Below are positions 1 through 9,402 of a stretch of DNA of 44,251 nt, in pieces; position 1 is the stretch's first letter, and every line of letters starts with the position of its first letter. Source of the DNA: a virus; the IMG/VR virus record IMGVR_UViG_3300031566_000100, positions 1 through 44,251 of that record. One strand, given 5' to 3'. Below the pieces are notes generated by a model. The model had not been told where the DNA came from. It was given only the letters and a program-made list of their open reading frames with translations, and made no database searches. Both the position numbers and the translations under genes were made by a program.

Positions 1-126
1 AGTTTAGTCTCAATTCTGGCAACGGCAACACTGTTCTCATTTATCTTTGCCTGTTGTTGCGTAACCGTTTCCTTGAGTGTATTGACCCGTTCACGGTATG
101 TGGCAAAGGTAGCAAAAGGGCTGCCT
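1..126. repeat. Terminal direct repeat, copy 1 (identical to 44126..44251)
   Basis: Read base by base: agtttagtctcaattctggcaacgg...gcaaaagggctgcct is present at both window ends; implies a closed 44,125-bp unit. Confidence 0.95.
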
Positions 127-203
127 ATCGCCGCTACCATTATGATTATCAGCCAATAACGCTTTAACAGTATAAAACCGTTATTATTGTTTTTTGTCGT
201 CAT
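1..203 (-). CDS. 5' part of a junction-spanning 88-aa ORF (continues at 44125..44062): N-terminal TM helix plus coiled coil, possible lysis/spanin-like membrane protein
   Basis: ATG at 203..201 overlaps the TGA of the 1061-aa ORF (ATGA). Translation MTTKNNNNGFILLKRYWLIIIMVAAIGSPFATFATYRERVNTLKETVTQQQAKINENSVAVARIETK... runs off the left end in frame with the right-end copy. Confidence 0.5.
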   Translation of the reverse strand, partial: MTTKNNNNGFILLKRYWLIIIMVAAIGSPFATFATYRERVNTLKETVTQQQAKINENSVAVARIETK

Positions 204-3200
204 GGTTTCATAATTTCCTTAATTTGTTGTAAATACTGTTTTCGTTTCCTGGTATATTCATCTTTGCTTATATTGCCGCTTTTTAACCTTTGAGCAATAT
301 CCAGCATTTTGCTGCTAATTTCTTTGGCCTGTCGTTTTTTATCGAATAGTTTGAATTTCTTTTGTTCCTGAACGTCTATTGCCTGTGTGCGAAGTCCGAA
401 TAATGTATGTGCTGTGGTTTCGGGTAATGGCCGGACTTTGCCCGTCTTGCTCGGCTTTTTCAATACAGCTTGTTCAAGTTTATCCCAGTACAACCCTTTA
501 GGGGCAAGGGATGGCGTAAGACTTGTCCAAAAATATTTGAACATCTTGAGGCTTTTTTCTTTGGTTGTATCGGTTTCCTTATAAATTTCCCTATCCGTCC
601 ATGTCGATTTATTATGTATTAGGTCCGAAGCGATTTGAAAAAACGGGTTGGTTATGGCTGATTCGAGTACTCCTCTGCTACTTGCGTTGGCAAGTTCTCC
701 CCAGGGCAGAATATATGTCCAGTCGAAAAATCGCAGGTCTCCGTTGTTATCCCGGTAGGGCATAAGCATATAACTGCCGTTTCGCATATATTCGGGCAAA
801 ACCTTAGTTATTTCGCTGTAATCCTTGTCTGTAAGGTTCAATTTTGCAAGTGAGTACTGTGTTGTCATTTTCGCAATCAATGGATATTTTGCTATTGTAT
901 GCGGTCTTGCTGTTGCGGCCTCAATAACTCGCGGCAGGGCTTTTCTCGGAAATGTATAAAACGGCATAACCCGCCGTGCTATATTTATCTCCCATCGCGT
1001 CAGGTCTCCGTAATCAAAAAGCCATTTATTTGCTTCCTGTACCGCGTCCATCACCGATTTGCCTTGGTCACGCTGCTGGAGATATTTCATGAATTTGTTT
1101 ATAAATTCCTCGTGTTGGTACATTTTAGCGGGTTCGCGAACTGCCTTTTTTACGCCGCCGCGAACCGCATTTATCGCCTTGCTAAAGTCGCTGCCTTTGG
1201 TCTGTGTTTTGAGAATATCATCAAGTAGTTCCCCTTTTAATTGCGTTGTCCTCGCAAAGTAATGTTTTGCTGTTGTGTATTCATCGCTGTTTTGTTTGTA
1301 ATGTTTGAACGCTTTAATTGCATATTTTGCTTGCTCCCCATATCCCATACCACTAAGGTCCAACAGTATTTTGTTGGAAAATTTATTACGGAAATGTGTT
1401 GCTGGATTGAGTACTACTTTGCCAAGTTTCCACGACCCGATTAAAGTATCATATATCTGCTCAAACCCGGTGCGCGTCCGTACAATTTCCGTAACATCAT
1501 CATAAATTCGCGGATTTACCCATTTTTCCCGCAATGCGCCTAATGCTTTTGTATCACCCAGTTGTTTGAATCCCGGGATTGGAATGTTGCTCGTCCATTC
1601 GGGATTTTGGGCTGCAAACTCAAATAATTTTCCCGTTTCTATATCCGCGCCTTCCTGGATAAGTCTTTTCATTACCGGATACGCCGGTTCCTTTATTTCG
1701 CCCATCATTTTCCGTACTTCAAATGGAATTGGTTGCCGTTGTTTGGCATAATGCGCACGAATACGTTGGGGACTCCATCCGTAAAATTGTTTTTCAAGCA
1801 CACTAACCTCTTTGCTTGTATACATCCGCGGCATATATTTAAGGCCGCCTGCGGCAATATCCGATTGTTTGAGTTGACGCGCAATATCATCAATGTTGGT
1901 TTGCAATTCTTCGATTTTTGAAGCTTTACCTGGAAACCGTCTTTGCATAGAACCTATTTTTCTCAACAACGGTGCCTTGCCAATTATTTTACTATCTTCT
2001 ATTTGTGAAGCAATTTTAAGTATATCGTTCAGTGTTTGATTAACATACTGAGAAACTTTAGGATTGATTGTAGCGGCCTGTTTTAAGATTTCGGTTGCTG
2101 CCTTGTTTCGTGATGCTCTGTCCATCTTTTCTAAAGACAAAATCTTTTTGCCTAAAATCGTAAGCCTTTTATCGCCAGGCGCAAAATCCATCAACGTTGT
2201 TATCTTCTTTGCTAAAGGACTGCCGGTGCTAACTTCAATGGCAGCATCAATAAAATCATCTCCGGCAGTAACAAGTTTTTTGCCTCTTCGTTCTGCCTTT
2301 ATTGCAACATCAATAAATTTATCTACTAACCGTTTTTGTCTATTCACATCTGGTGTAAGTTTTTCAACTAATTTCAATAAGGTTTTTTGGTATGGCACTT
2401 CTTTGAGTTTTTCTATTTCTCTGACTAACTCAATCTTCTTTTGCATCAATGCCGCAACGCGTTTTTTTGGTAATTTCGTAAGGTATGTTTCCTTTCCAAG
2501 AATGCCGAGATTTTGCAATTCTCTTGTTGTATGCTCAAACTCAGCAATAATAGGATTCGCTTTTTCGGCCAGTTGTGGTTTTGTGGTAATACCCCCTTTG
2601 ATAATCTGGCCGATTCTCAGTTTCACTGCTTCAGGCGTTATCTTTTTACCCGTCTGTTTTGTCAGTTCCTGTGCGAGTCTTTTGATGTCTTTTCCACCGA
2701 CAGATTTGCCCAGTTCTGCGGCTTGTTCGGTTCTTGCACCCATCTTGGCCCGCATTATCAATTTGCCTTTTTGCCATTCCGGCAATCGTGCCTGTGCTAT
2801 TTTTTGTGGTATCCCGGTCAACTTTGCTGTTTTGCTGATTCCTTGCAGCAATTTGCCAAAAACCATCGGGTCAACAAGAAAACTTGTTGCCATATCCATT
2901 CCTTTGCTGTAATAACCCGGCGCTTTTTCTCCCGTAACGGACTCATAATATCCGTCCCAAAAATCGCCATACGTCTTGACTTCTTTCGGAACATCCGCTC
3001 CCGGAATCCACGCCTTGCCGACCGCTTTCATACCTGTGCCCAGGGCCTGCAATTCTTTTGTGGCTTCTTCTTTGGTAAGGTCAAATCGTGGTCTGAATAA
3101 ATTCCCAAAACTCGTAGATTGTCCTCGTGCCTGCAATGTCTCTTTTCTTGCCTCTAATGCAGTGGCCGCAGGCGTTGCAATCGTATAACCTATCCGCTCG

Positions 3201-3385
3201 TAAGGCCATACAATTAACCCAAGACCCTTCCACAATCCCGCCCCCCCGATAGACATCATTCGTTTTATAAGCGGTACATCATTGTCCTTTTGTGGCTTTC
3301 GTTCGGCAAGTTCCTTGAGCGAATAGCCTTTTTGTTTTTCACCGCCGGCAAGTTCGGTTATAGAAGCCATTATCATTTTTTCCAA
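200..3385 (-). CDS. Hypothetical 1061-aa protein, probable virion-associated (internal/ejection-type) protein
   Basis: Largest ORF at the distal end of the morphogenesis block, overlap-coupled to both neighbours; K/E-rich and helical; no catalytic motif recognised. Function inferred from size and position only. Confidence 0.45.
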   Translation of the reverse strand: MEKMIMASITELAGGEKQKGYSLKELAERKPQKDNDVPLIKRMMSIGGAGLWKGLGLIVWPYERIGYTIATPAATALEARKETLQARGQSTSFGNLFRPRFDLTKEEATKELQALGTGMKAVGKAWIPGADVPKEVKTYGDFWDGYYESVTGEKAPGYYSKGMDMATSFLVDPMVFGKLLQGISKTAKLTGIPQKIAQARLPEWQKGKLIMRAKMGARTEQAAELGKSVGGKDIKRLAQELTKQTGKKITPEAVKLRIGQIIKGGITTKPQLAEKANPIIAEFEHTTRELQNLGILGKETYLTKLPKKRVAALMQKKIELVREIEKLKEVPYQKTLLKLVEKLTPDVNRQKRLVDKFIDVAIKAERRGKKLVTAGDDFIDAAIEVSTGSPLAKKITTLMDFAPGDKRLTILGKKILSLEKMDRASRNKAATEILKQAATINPKVSQYVNQTLNDILKIASQIEDSKIIGKAPLLRKIGSMQRRFPGKASKIEELQTNIDDIARQLKQSDIAAGGLKYMPRMYTSKEVSVLEKQFYGWSPQRIRAHYAKQRQPIPFEVRKMMGEIKEPAYPVMKRLIQEGADIETGKLFEFAAQNPEWTSNIPIPGFKQLGDTKALGALREKWVNPRIYDDVTEIVRTRTGFEQIYDTLIGSWKLGKVVLNPATHFRNKFSNKILLDLSGMGYGEQAKYAIKAFKHYKQNSDEYTTAKHYFARTTQLKGELLDDILKTQTKGSDFSKAINAVRGGVKKAVREPAKMYQHEEFINKFMKYLQQRDQGKSVMDAVQEANKWLFDYGDLTRWEINIARRVMPFYTFPRKALPRVIEAATARPHTIAKYPLIAKMTTQYSLAKLNLTDKDYSEITKVLPEYMRNGSYMLMPYRDNNGDLRFFDWTYILPWGELANASSRGVLESAITNPFFQIASDLIHNKSTWTDREIYKETDTTKEKSLKMFKYFWTSLTPSLAPKGLYWDKLEQAVLKKPSKTGKVRPLPETTAHTLFGLRTQAIDVQEQKKFKLFDKKRQAKEISSKMLDIAQRLKSGNISKDEYTRKRKQYLQQIKEIMKP

Positions 3386-4215
3386 TATGGTAATAACTCA
3401 TCAGAATTAAGAATCTCACTAAAAGTACTGCCTTTATTTACGGCTTGATTTACAAGTTGCATCAATTCCAACGGCAACGAAGGCATTATTTCACTCAATT
3501 TATCTCCGGCCTGTTGTTCTTCCTGTTTAGCCCACCAGTCAGGTGCTGACGGTTTTTCTTTTTTCTCGGTTTCGGCAGGCCATTTCCTGCCGATAATTCC
3601 GCGTGCTTTCGGCGCCAGATTTTCCCACTCCGGCCCGAGTGTTCGCAATACATGGTTTACGGCATCTTCGCGCGACCCAAATGGAATTGTAGTACCGAGC
3701 ATATCCGTTGCGCCGCCGGCCTCCAGCTCGCCCAGGGTCTGTTGAATCCGTCCCTCTGTAAACGGTAATTTAAGCGGTTTTGGTTTTTTTCTTTGCGCAG
3801 TCAATGCTTTAGTTGCTCCTATCCGCGACTGCAGGTATTCCTGTTGCAGGGCCGCTTCCGGGTCTGCCAGTCTTGCTATTCCCAAAGCTTCTTGCATCGG
3901 GCGTCCGGCCAGCAATGTCTTTTGAAGTAATTGTATTGGTGTCAGTTGGACGCCTTGCATCATTCCTGTTTCGGTCGGCTGGCCCCCAAGCCAGCCTTCC
4001 GTCAAATTCTGTGCGCCGCCCGGAGTAAATATATCTTCTCCCCCGGCAGTTGGTATTTGCGGTGGGGATAAACTTTTAGCCAATTCAGCCATTTGCTGTT
4101 GTTGCTTTTTTTGACCGTAGTATTGACCTAATCCCTGAGCAAGCATCATCAGGCCTTCCTGCAAGGCTCGTCCTGCTCGTTCCGAACCTGCGGGCGCCGG
4201 TATTATCGTTGCCAT
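3373..4215 (-). CDS. Hypothetical Q/G/A-rich protein (possible internal virion protein)
   Basis: 280-aa ORF, tightly packed between neighbours; composition (QKKQQQQ, GGxQ runs) resembles podovirus internal proteins; no motif. Confidence 0.5.
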   Translation of the reverse strand: MATIIPAPAGSERAGRALQEGLMMLAQGLGQYYGQKKQQQQMAELAKSLSPPQIPTAGGEDIFTPGGAQNLTEGWLGGQPTETGMMQGVQLTPIQLLQKTLLAGRPMQEALGIARLADPEAALQQEYLQSRIGATKALTAQRKKPKPLKLPFTEGRIQQTLGELEAGGATDMLGTTIPFGSREDAVNHVLRTLGPEWENLAPKARGIIGRKWPAETEKKEKPSAPDWWAKQEEQQAGDKLSEIMPSLPLELMQLVNQAVNKGSTFSEILNSDELLPYWKK

Positions 4216-4216
4216 G

Positions 4217-5425
4217 TCAGTTATCCCTTACATCTATTTTTTGATTAAGTTCTTTTACGGCATTTACAAGCAAGGCTATTACCCCATCATATTTAATAAA
4301 TTTTATGCCGTTTATTTCTACGACAGCTTCCGGCAGAACCTTTTCCAGGTCCTGCGCAATAAGTCCCGCTTCCCGTTCAGCCTGTGGCTTCCAGATGTAA
4401 TGAAAAGTTTTTCCCTCCAGTTGTTCGACCTTTTCAAGGGCATTTTCTACTGGTTCAATGTTGTCTTTGAGCCGTCTGTCAGACGCTGCCTTCGCTCCGA
4501 AATAAGCGCCGCCGCCCTGGGCTGCCGCACCTGCCAGAGTCTCAAAAGTACTCGGCTTGTAGAATCCTTGGAACCCGATATTTTCAAAGGCTGGTGTACC
4601 CAGTACCAGCGAAGCAAATCGTTGCAACCAGGGGTTTTCATAAGGTTGCGCTTCGCCCCATTGTTGTTGTTGAGCTTCAGCCGTTTGCTGTCTTAATGCT
4701 TGTTCCATTGCACCCATGAACCCCATTTCACCTAATCCGCCGGCTGCCAACTGTTGTCCTTGTGTCGCAAGTTGACCCGGAAGTTGAGCGAAACTGCCGG
4801 CCAATCCTGCCCCCTGCATCTGCCGGTTAAGGTAGTTTTCACGGTCGCTTTGTAGAATGCTGCCAAGCTGACCGGACAGCCCCAGCCCCAGGCTTTCTGC
4901 GCTTCTGGCTAATGCCCTGTTAAGGGCCCCATCCGAAAAAGATTCCTTAAGGCCGGGTATAATGTCCCGCTGCCATGTCTGCATTGCAGGGGCCTTGAAG
5001 CTCTGCTCCCAGTATTCCTTTGCGCCTGTAGGGTCGTATGGCTGACCGGCAGATTGCAGTATTTGTTGACCTATACCAAGAAAATCCTGCCCTTGTGCAG
5101 GGTCGAATCCACCATAAGCCTTTAGTCCGGCGCGTATGCCAGGCTCATAACCGCCAGCCATTCCAAGGGCCTGTTCCTGTAAAGGCCCAAAAGGAGCTAC
5201 CCTTTCGCCCTGATACGGCGTTATTCCCTGGCCGACCTGAGGGGTAAGCTGGCCGGTAAGAGAATCCAGAAATTCTCTCTGGCCTGGCGTTAGAGTTTCG
5301 TGTTGCTGTACCTTTTGACCAACAGGACCGCCGCCTTCATATCTCCGGCTGCTTAACGGGTTTGTCGGCATTTGAAACATCATGCCGTTTCGGATTACCG
5401 TGATTGTCTTGTCCATTGATTTCAT
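4217..5425 (-). CDS. Q/G-rich protein with C-terminal intramolecular chaperone auto-processing domain (peptidase S74 type)
   Basis: C-terminus ...AASDRRLKDNIEPVENALEKVEQLEGKTFHYIW...GLIAQDLEKVLPEAV...DGVIALLVNAVKELNQKI matches the S-D-x-R-x-K-x-N-I signature of endosialidase/tail-fibre chaperone domains; SD gaggtg 4 nt before the ATG. Confidence 0.75.
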   Translation of the reverse strand: MKSMDKTITVIRNGMMFQMPTNPLSSRRYEGGGPVGQKVQQHETLTPGQREFLDSLTGQLTPQVGQGITPYQGERVAPFGPLQEQALGMAGGYEPGIRAGLKAYGGFDPAQGQDFLGIGQQILQSAGQPYDPTGAKEYWEQSFKAPAMQTWQRDIIPGLKESFSDGALNRALARSAESLGLGLSGQLGSILQSDRENYLNRQMQGAGLAGSFAQLPGQLATQGQQLAAGGLGEMGFMGAMEQALRQQTAEAQQQQWGEAQPYENPWLQRFASLVLGTPAFENIGFQGFYKPSTFETLAGAAAQGGGAYFGAKAASDRRLKDNIEPVENALEKVEQLEGKTFHYIWKPQAEREAGLIAQDLEKVLPEAVVEINGIKFIKYDGVIALLVNAVKELNQKIDVRDN

Positions 5426-5873
5426 TGGTCACCTCTAATAAAATATGCTTTGAGCGTCTTATTCCCAGCTTTTCATACTCGCTTGGGACACCCGGATTAA
5501 GTGTTAAAAAATGAATTTCTTTTTTTAAGTCAGGCCCTGTTGGCAAACTGAACAGAAAATCTCTTGTTTTTTCCAAGATACGGCTTCTTAGCATAGGCAC
5601 TGGAGTTTGATATTCCTTGTCCAACGCGAAAAACTTCACAAAGATTATGGCGTCAATTGCGTCAATATCGGCCCAAAGAACACCTTTTATCTTGTTGCTT
5701 ATATCTATTAAAACATAAAGTAAGGTCAAAGGACTGGTCGTAAACAATTGGCCGAACCTGTATATTCTGTCAATCTTTGCCGCATCCATGTCTTTGGCAC
5801 TCTCGAACAATGAACGCGGTATGAGACAAAAATTGTATATCCGAACAAATTGTAAATTGTCTATGTCAGGCAA
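5337..5873 (-). CDS. Hypothetical protein (178 aa), translationally linked to the ATP-grasp gene
   Basis: ORF overlaps the ATP-grasp stop by 8 nt and the downstream gene start by 89 nt; no motif recognised. Confidence 0.5.
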   Translation of the reverse strand: MPDIDNLQFVRIYNFCLIPRSLFESAKDMDAAKIDRIYRFGQLFTTSPLTLLYVLIDISNKIKGVLWADIDAIDAIIFVKFFALDKEYQTPVPMLRSRILEKTRDFLFSLPTGPDLKKEIHFLTLNPGVPSEYEKLGIRRSKHILLEVTNEINGQDNHGNPKRHDVSNADKPVKQPEI

Positions 5874-7179
5874 CTTTCAATCCCTTCAATCTTTTCTCGG
5901 CCTCTTTCAAACCATCCTGCCGGTACTGCAGATAACTGCACACCTTGATTTTCTTAATGGCGTTGTGAAGCCGTCCCCATGCTTCCTGCAGTGTCGGTGC
6001 CTTTGCCGTAACGGCGCCAAGGATACCATCCGAACCGGCACACTTGATACCGGAGCCGCTGGAGTAAATGTCCTGTGCCCAGAAGAACGGGTAATCCGTG
6101 AGATTGCCCATAATCGAAACATCTTTGGCAAAGTCGTCGCGCAGGGATTTTACTGCATAAGGAAACGGCGGTATGGTAAGCCTTTCGCTTGCGGCAAAAC
6201 CGTTACTGAAATTTACATCAAAGTCTTTTTTGAAAAAATCCGTTATGCTGCCCGAAAGCAGTGTCAAAAGACAAAACAGCGCATCGTAGCCCAGTCTCGG
6301 CGTCCATTCGAGAAAATACGGCTTGCCCTCGCTGATAATACAATTGGCGTCACACGGGCCGATATAGCCTGCCGATTTGAGCCACTGCGCCATTTTTACC
6401 ATCATAGGGACAACTATGGTGCTGTGGTCTTTTTCAATCCAGACGGTATTGCTCTGGCTGCCTATGGACGGGCCTTTGTTGCCGTCCATAAACCTTTTGC
6501 TTTCAATAGTGCGGTTAAAATGCACGGGGCCTTTTGTGTTCACCCATACTTCGGTGGATATTTCCGTTCCGTCAATCTTCTTTTGAAGGATATAATCGCA
6601 GTTATCACCTATTCTGGCCTGGTATTCCCCCTGCATTTTTTCGGCAAGCTCACCTGTGAACTTCTCGACATAAGTAAGGTCAAGGTCCTGGTTGTTCTCC
6701 GGTTTGAATACCCATTTGTCTTTGCGGCCTTTCAAAAAAACAACGCCTTCGGTCAGCGTTTTGAACCGGTGCGTTTCGGGTATTGCAAAACCCATTTTTT
6801 CGGCAAGTTGTGTTCCCTTGCTGCGGTCAAGTTCGATTTCCTCTGTTGCCGCTGCGGCGCCGATTACCCTGTGGTCTTTTTTGAGCTTGTCGGCTACAGG
6901 CCCGAACACGCTCGGCAGGTTCGGTTTAAGGCCGAACATCTTCAAAAGAATTATATCGTACTTTGCCTTTTCGTTCGGGCGGACAATATCGAAAACAACA
7001 ATATCGGTATTCTTTAGTTCCCTTTTCAGATTCGCCGCCGTTATCTTCGGTATAATGCCTTCGTAATTGCCCCTGTACTGTGGGTTATGCAGGTAAATAC
7101 CTGCGTCAACGCCCTCGCGTCTCAGCCGGTAAACCACCGGCAACGTATCGCCGCTTGTGCTGAAAAATAGCATTTTCAT
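5866..7179 (-). CDS. ATP-grasp enzyme, PurD (glycinamide ribonucleotide synthetase)-like fold
   Basis: By eye, colinear with E. coli PurD blocks: ELDRSKGTQLAEKMG / VFKPENN / ILQKKIDGTEIS / ESKRFMDGNKGPSIG / PYFLEWTPRLGYD versus QLEGSKAF / VIKADG / IEEFLDGEEAS / HKRVGDKDTGPNTG / VIEFNCRFGDPE. Confidence 0.8.
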   Translation of the reverse strand: MKMLFFSTSGDTLPVVYRLRREGVDAGIYLHNPQYRGNYEGIIPKITAANLKRELKNTDIVVFDIVRPNEKAKYDIILLKMFGLKPNLPSVFGPVADKLKKDHRVIGAAAATEEIELDRSKGTQLAEKMGFAIPETHRFKTLTEGVVFLKGRKDKWVFKPENNQDLDLTYVEKFTGELAEKMQGEYQARIGDNCDYILQKKIDGTEISTEVWVNTKGPVHFNRTIESKRFMDGNKGPSIGSQSNTVWIEKDHSTIVVPMMVKMAQWLKSAGYIGPCDANCIISEGKPYFLEWTPRLGYDALFCLLTLLSGSITDFFKKDFDVNFSNGFAASERLTIPPFPYAVKSLRDDFAKDVSIMGNLTDYPFFWAQDIYSSGSGIKCAGSDGILGAVTAKAPTLQEAWGRLHNAIKKIKVCSYLQYRQDGLKEAEKRLKGLKVA

Positions 7180-7182
7180 ACT

Positions 7183-7569
7183 CTATTTCGGAAAGACCTT
7201 TACCCGTACCGTTCCTTCTGCAAGATTAACGGCGCCGCCGGTATTGTTGTTAAGTCGCACCGTCACCGTATCGGCTGCCGTAACATCTGCTGTCAATGTC
7301 AAGTCCGTTGTGTCTAATGAAAAACTCGCTCTTGCGAAATCGCCTAAATTCGCACCGGTAACAGTCACGTCCATTGATTCACCGGCACCGTCCGCAATAC
7401 TGCCGGGATTCCACGTTGCCGACACCTGGTAGCCCAGCAGGTGATTGACGCACCTGGCGACGTCCGCGTATATTTGCTCCAGTTGCATTACAAACAACTT
7501 GATATAATCCCGCAGGGGCTTTTTTTCGTCCCAGTCGGTCAATCTCTGTGATTGTTTGAGTTTGTCCAT
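7183..7569 (-). CDS. Hypothetical small structural protein
   Basis: 128-aa ORF in the tail region; beta-rich C-terminal half (TVTGANLGDFARASFSLDTTDLTLTADV...). Confidence 0.5.
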   Translation of the reverse strand: MDKLKQSQRLTDWDEKKPLRDYIKLFVMQLEQIYADVARCVNHLLGYQVSATWNPGSIADGAGESMDVTVTGANLGDFARASFSLDTTDLTLTADVTAADTVTVRLNNNTGGAVNLAEGTVRVKVFPK

Positions 7570-7572
7570 ATA

Positions 7573-9402
7573 TCAACCTCTCCTTCCCGAACGCTTCATC
7601 CAGGGTACTATCGCGTGTATGCGCGGTCGCTGTGCAATTGCATCATTGCTTATTTTTATCCGGTGAAAGTCCGCTACCTGGCCCACGTGTATGCGCTTCC
7701 AGACCTTGTCACCGCCTGAACCGGCGGTATCTTCGCAGGTGATTGTTTTTGTCAGGTATGATGTGGTTCGCTGATTGATATAGAAGTCCACATCGAAGGA
7801 TATGGTGTCATCGACATCTACCAGAAAATCTATAAATCCGAAACTGGCTTTTTGCCCGCCCTCACCGTAAGGGTTCCATCTGCCGCTTTGGGCCTCGAAG
7901 GCTATTGCACTGCCGTTATCGGCGCCGCTGTCGTTGAGCTTGTAAACATACCCGTCCCGGCAGCCCATAAGCGTTATCGGGAACCCCGCCATAAGCTCCT
8001 TATCGTCAAAGGAGTAGTCAAGCGTATCGAGTACGTCCTCGATGTCATCCAATATCAGGTCATCATCGACCGACCAATAGCCCAAACAGTGCGCATTAAG
8101 CCGGTATGTCGCCCAGTTCGCCTCTTCAAAATTCAATACTGCAAGCCTGTCGGGTAAATCGCTTGCCTGTGAGGCATACGTGGTATAGACGTGGTCCATC
8201 TCCTCACATACAAGCGAATAGCAATAACCTATCTTTTCCTGGTTGAACTCAAGGACAAGGTCCGGGATTTTATCGTTGATGCCGTCAACGTCCCTGCCGT
8301 CACAACTCAACATCCGCGTAGGGCCTATGGCCAATAATTCATTGCTGAAGGCCGCAATCGAGAACGTGGCGTAACAGCCTTCGGTATCGGATATTTTCTC
8401 GAACCTGAACGGCGCATCGGGGTCTGAGGTATAAACAAGCTCCCATACGGAACGCTCGAACCATACGATGAGCCTGCTGCCTATGAAGTCGGCGGCTATA
8501 ATAAAATCTTCGGTGTCGGCTTCGCAATAATCGTCGTCGCGCCATTGTGTCGGGGTCAGAGCCACGCACCAGCGCGCCCGCCTGTAGTATTCCGTGCCGC
8601 GCTCCTTGGGACGCAGTAATATCAAATGTTTCTTCATAACGAATATCATAAGGCACGTATCGACATCGTTGTCCGGGCCGAGTTCGACATCAAGGTCGAT
8701 ATTGAAGCGTGTAAGACACTCACCGTTATATTTTTGTATCTGGTCCTTGTAGTTGGTTATATAGCCGATGTCTTTCCAGTTCTGGAACCAGAAAAAGTCC
8801 GCATCGTCACCCGTGAACTCGTCATCGGTATTTGCGCCGTCCGCATCGCCGACTATCTCGGCGGCGTTGGCGTTGTTCCGTAACTCCTCACCATTTTGGA
8901 ACGTGCCCGATACCGTACCGTTAGCAAATACTATCGTCCCGTTGGCATTGCTGCCGCCGAATGTGCCGGTGTCAACGACAACGTAAGCAACCGTACCGGT
9001 GGCTTCACTGGTGGCGCCTTTTATGACACTGGTTGGTATAGGTTGCCAATTTTGCTTTGAGGCATGCTGGAACCGGATTTTGTTTAATGTCAGGTCCTTA
9101 AACACACCGGCGTCATATTTATTAACCCGTTCGGTATCCATTGCAAGCATTTCGGTACTGTTTCCCTGAAAGTAGCTCCATATACCCATAACGGCATTTC
9201 CGGGGTTTGTGTCGGCCTCGGTTGTGGTGTTGGTGTGTACTATTTGCCCGAACTCGGTATATCCTTTCCTCTTTTCCAGCACACCGCGTCTCAAATGGCA
9301 GTCGAGCATCACCGGAAAAGCGTCCTTCGGCACAAGCCAGGGTTCTTTTGCCGTAACTTTACCCGCCCTGAGGTCATACACGGGATATGGTTCGTATCGC
9401 AT
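7573..9402 (-). CDS. Putative tail tubular/nozzle-like protein
   Basis: 609 aa. N-terminus YDLRAGKVTAKEPWLVPKDAFPVMLDCHLRRGVLEKRKGY resembles the N-terminal pattern of T7 gp12-type nozzle proteins (recollection, not alignment); sits beside the fibre gene. Confidence 0.4.
   Translation of the reverse strand: MRYEPYPVYDLRAGKVTAKEPWLVPKDAFPVMLDCHLRRGVLEKRKGYTEFGQIVHTNTTTEADTNPGNAVMGIWSYFQGNSTEMLAMDTERVNKYDAGVFKDLTLNKIRFQHASKQNWQPIPTSVIKGATSEATGTVAYVVVDTGTFGGSNANGTIVFANGTVSGTFQNGEELRNNANAAEIVGDADGANTDDEFTGDDADFFWFQNWKDIGYITNYKDQIQKYNGECLTRFNIDLDVELGPDNDVDTCLMIFVMKKHLILLRPKERGTEYYRRARWCVALTPTQWRDDDYCEADTEDFIIAADFIGSRLIVWFERSVWELVYTSDPDAPFRFEKISDTEGCYATFSIAAFSNELLAIGPTRMLSCDGRDVDGINDKIPDLVLEFNQEKIGYCYSLVCEEMDHVYTTYASQASDLPDRLAVLNFEEANWATYRLNAHCLGYWSVDDDLILDDIEDVLDTLDYSFDDKELMAGFPITLMGCRDGYVYKLNDSGADNGSAIAFEAQSGRWNPYGEGGQKASFGFIDFLVDVDDTISFDVDFYINQRTTSYLTKTITCEDTAGSGGDKVWKRIHVGQVADFHRIKISNDAIAQRPRIHAIVPWMKRSGRRG

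Noticed and set aside
5788-7017. 409-aa plus-strand ORF, and similar shadow ORFs such as 2064-2912 and 2513-3100
   Set aside because: These are antisense to the ATP-grasp gene and to the 1061-aa gene, whose products have clear protein-like or family features. Their composition (C/F/R-rich) is non-protein-like.
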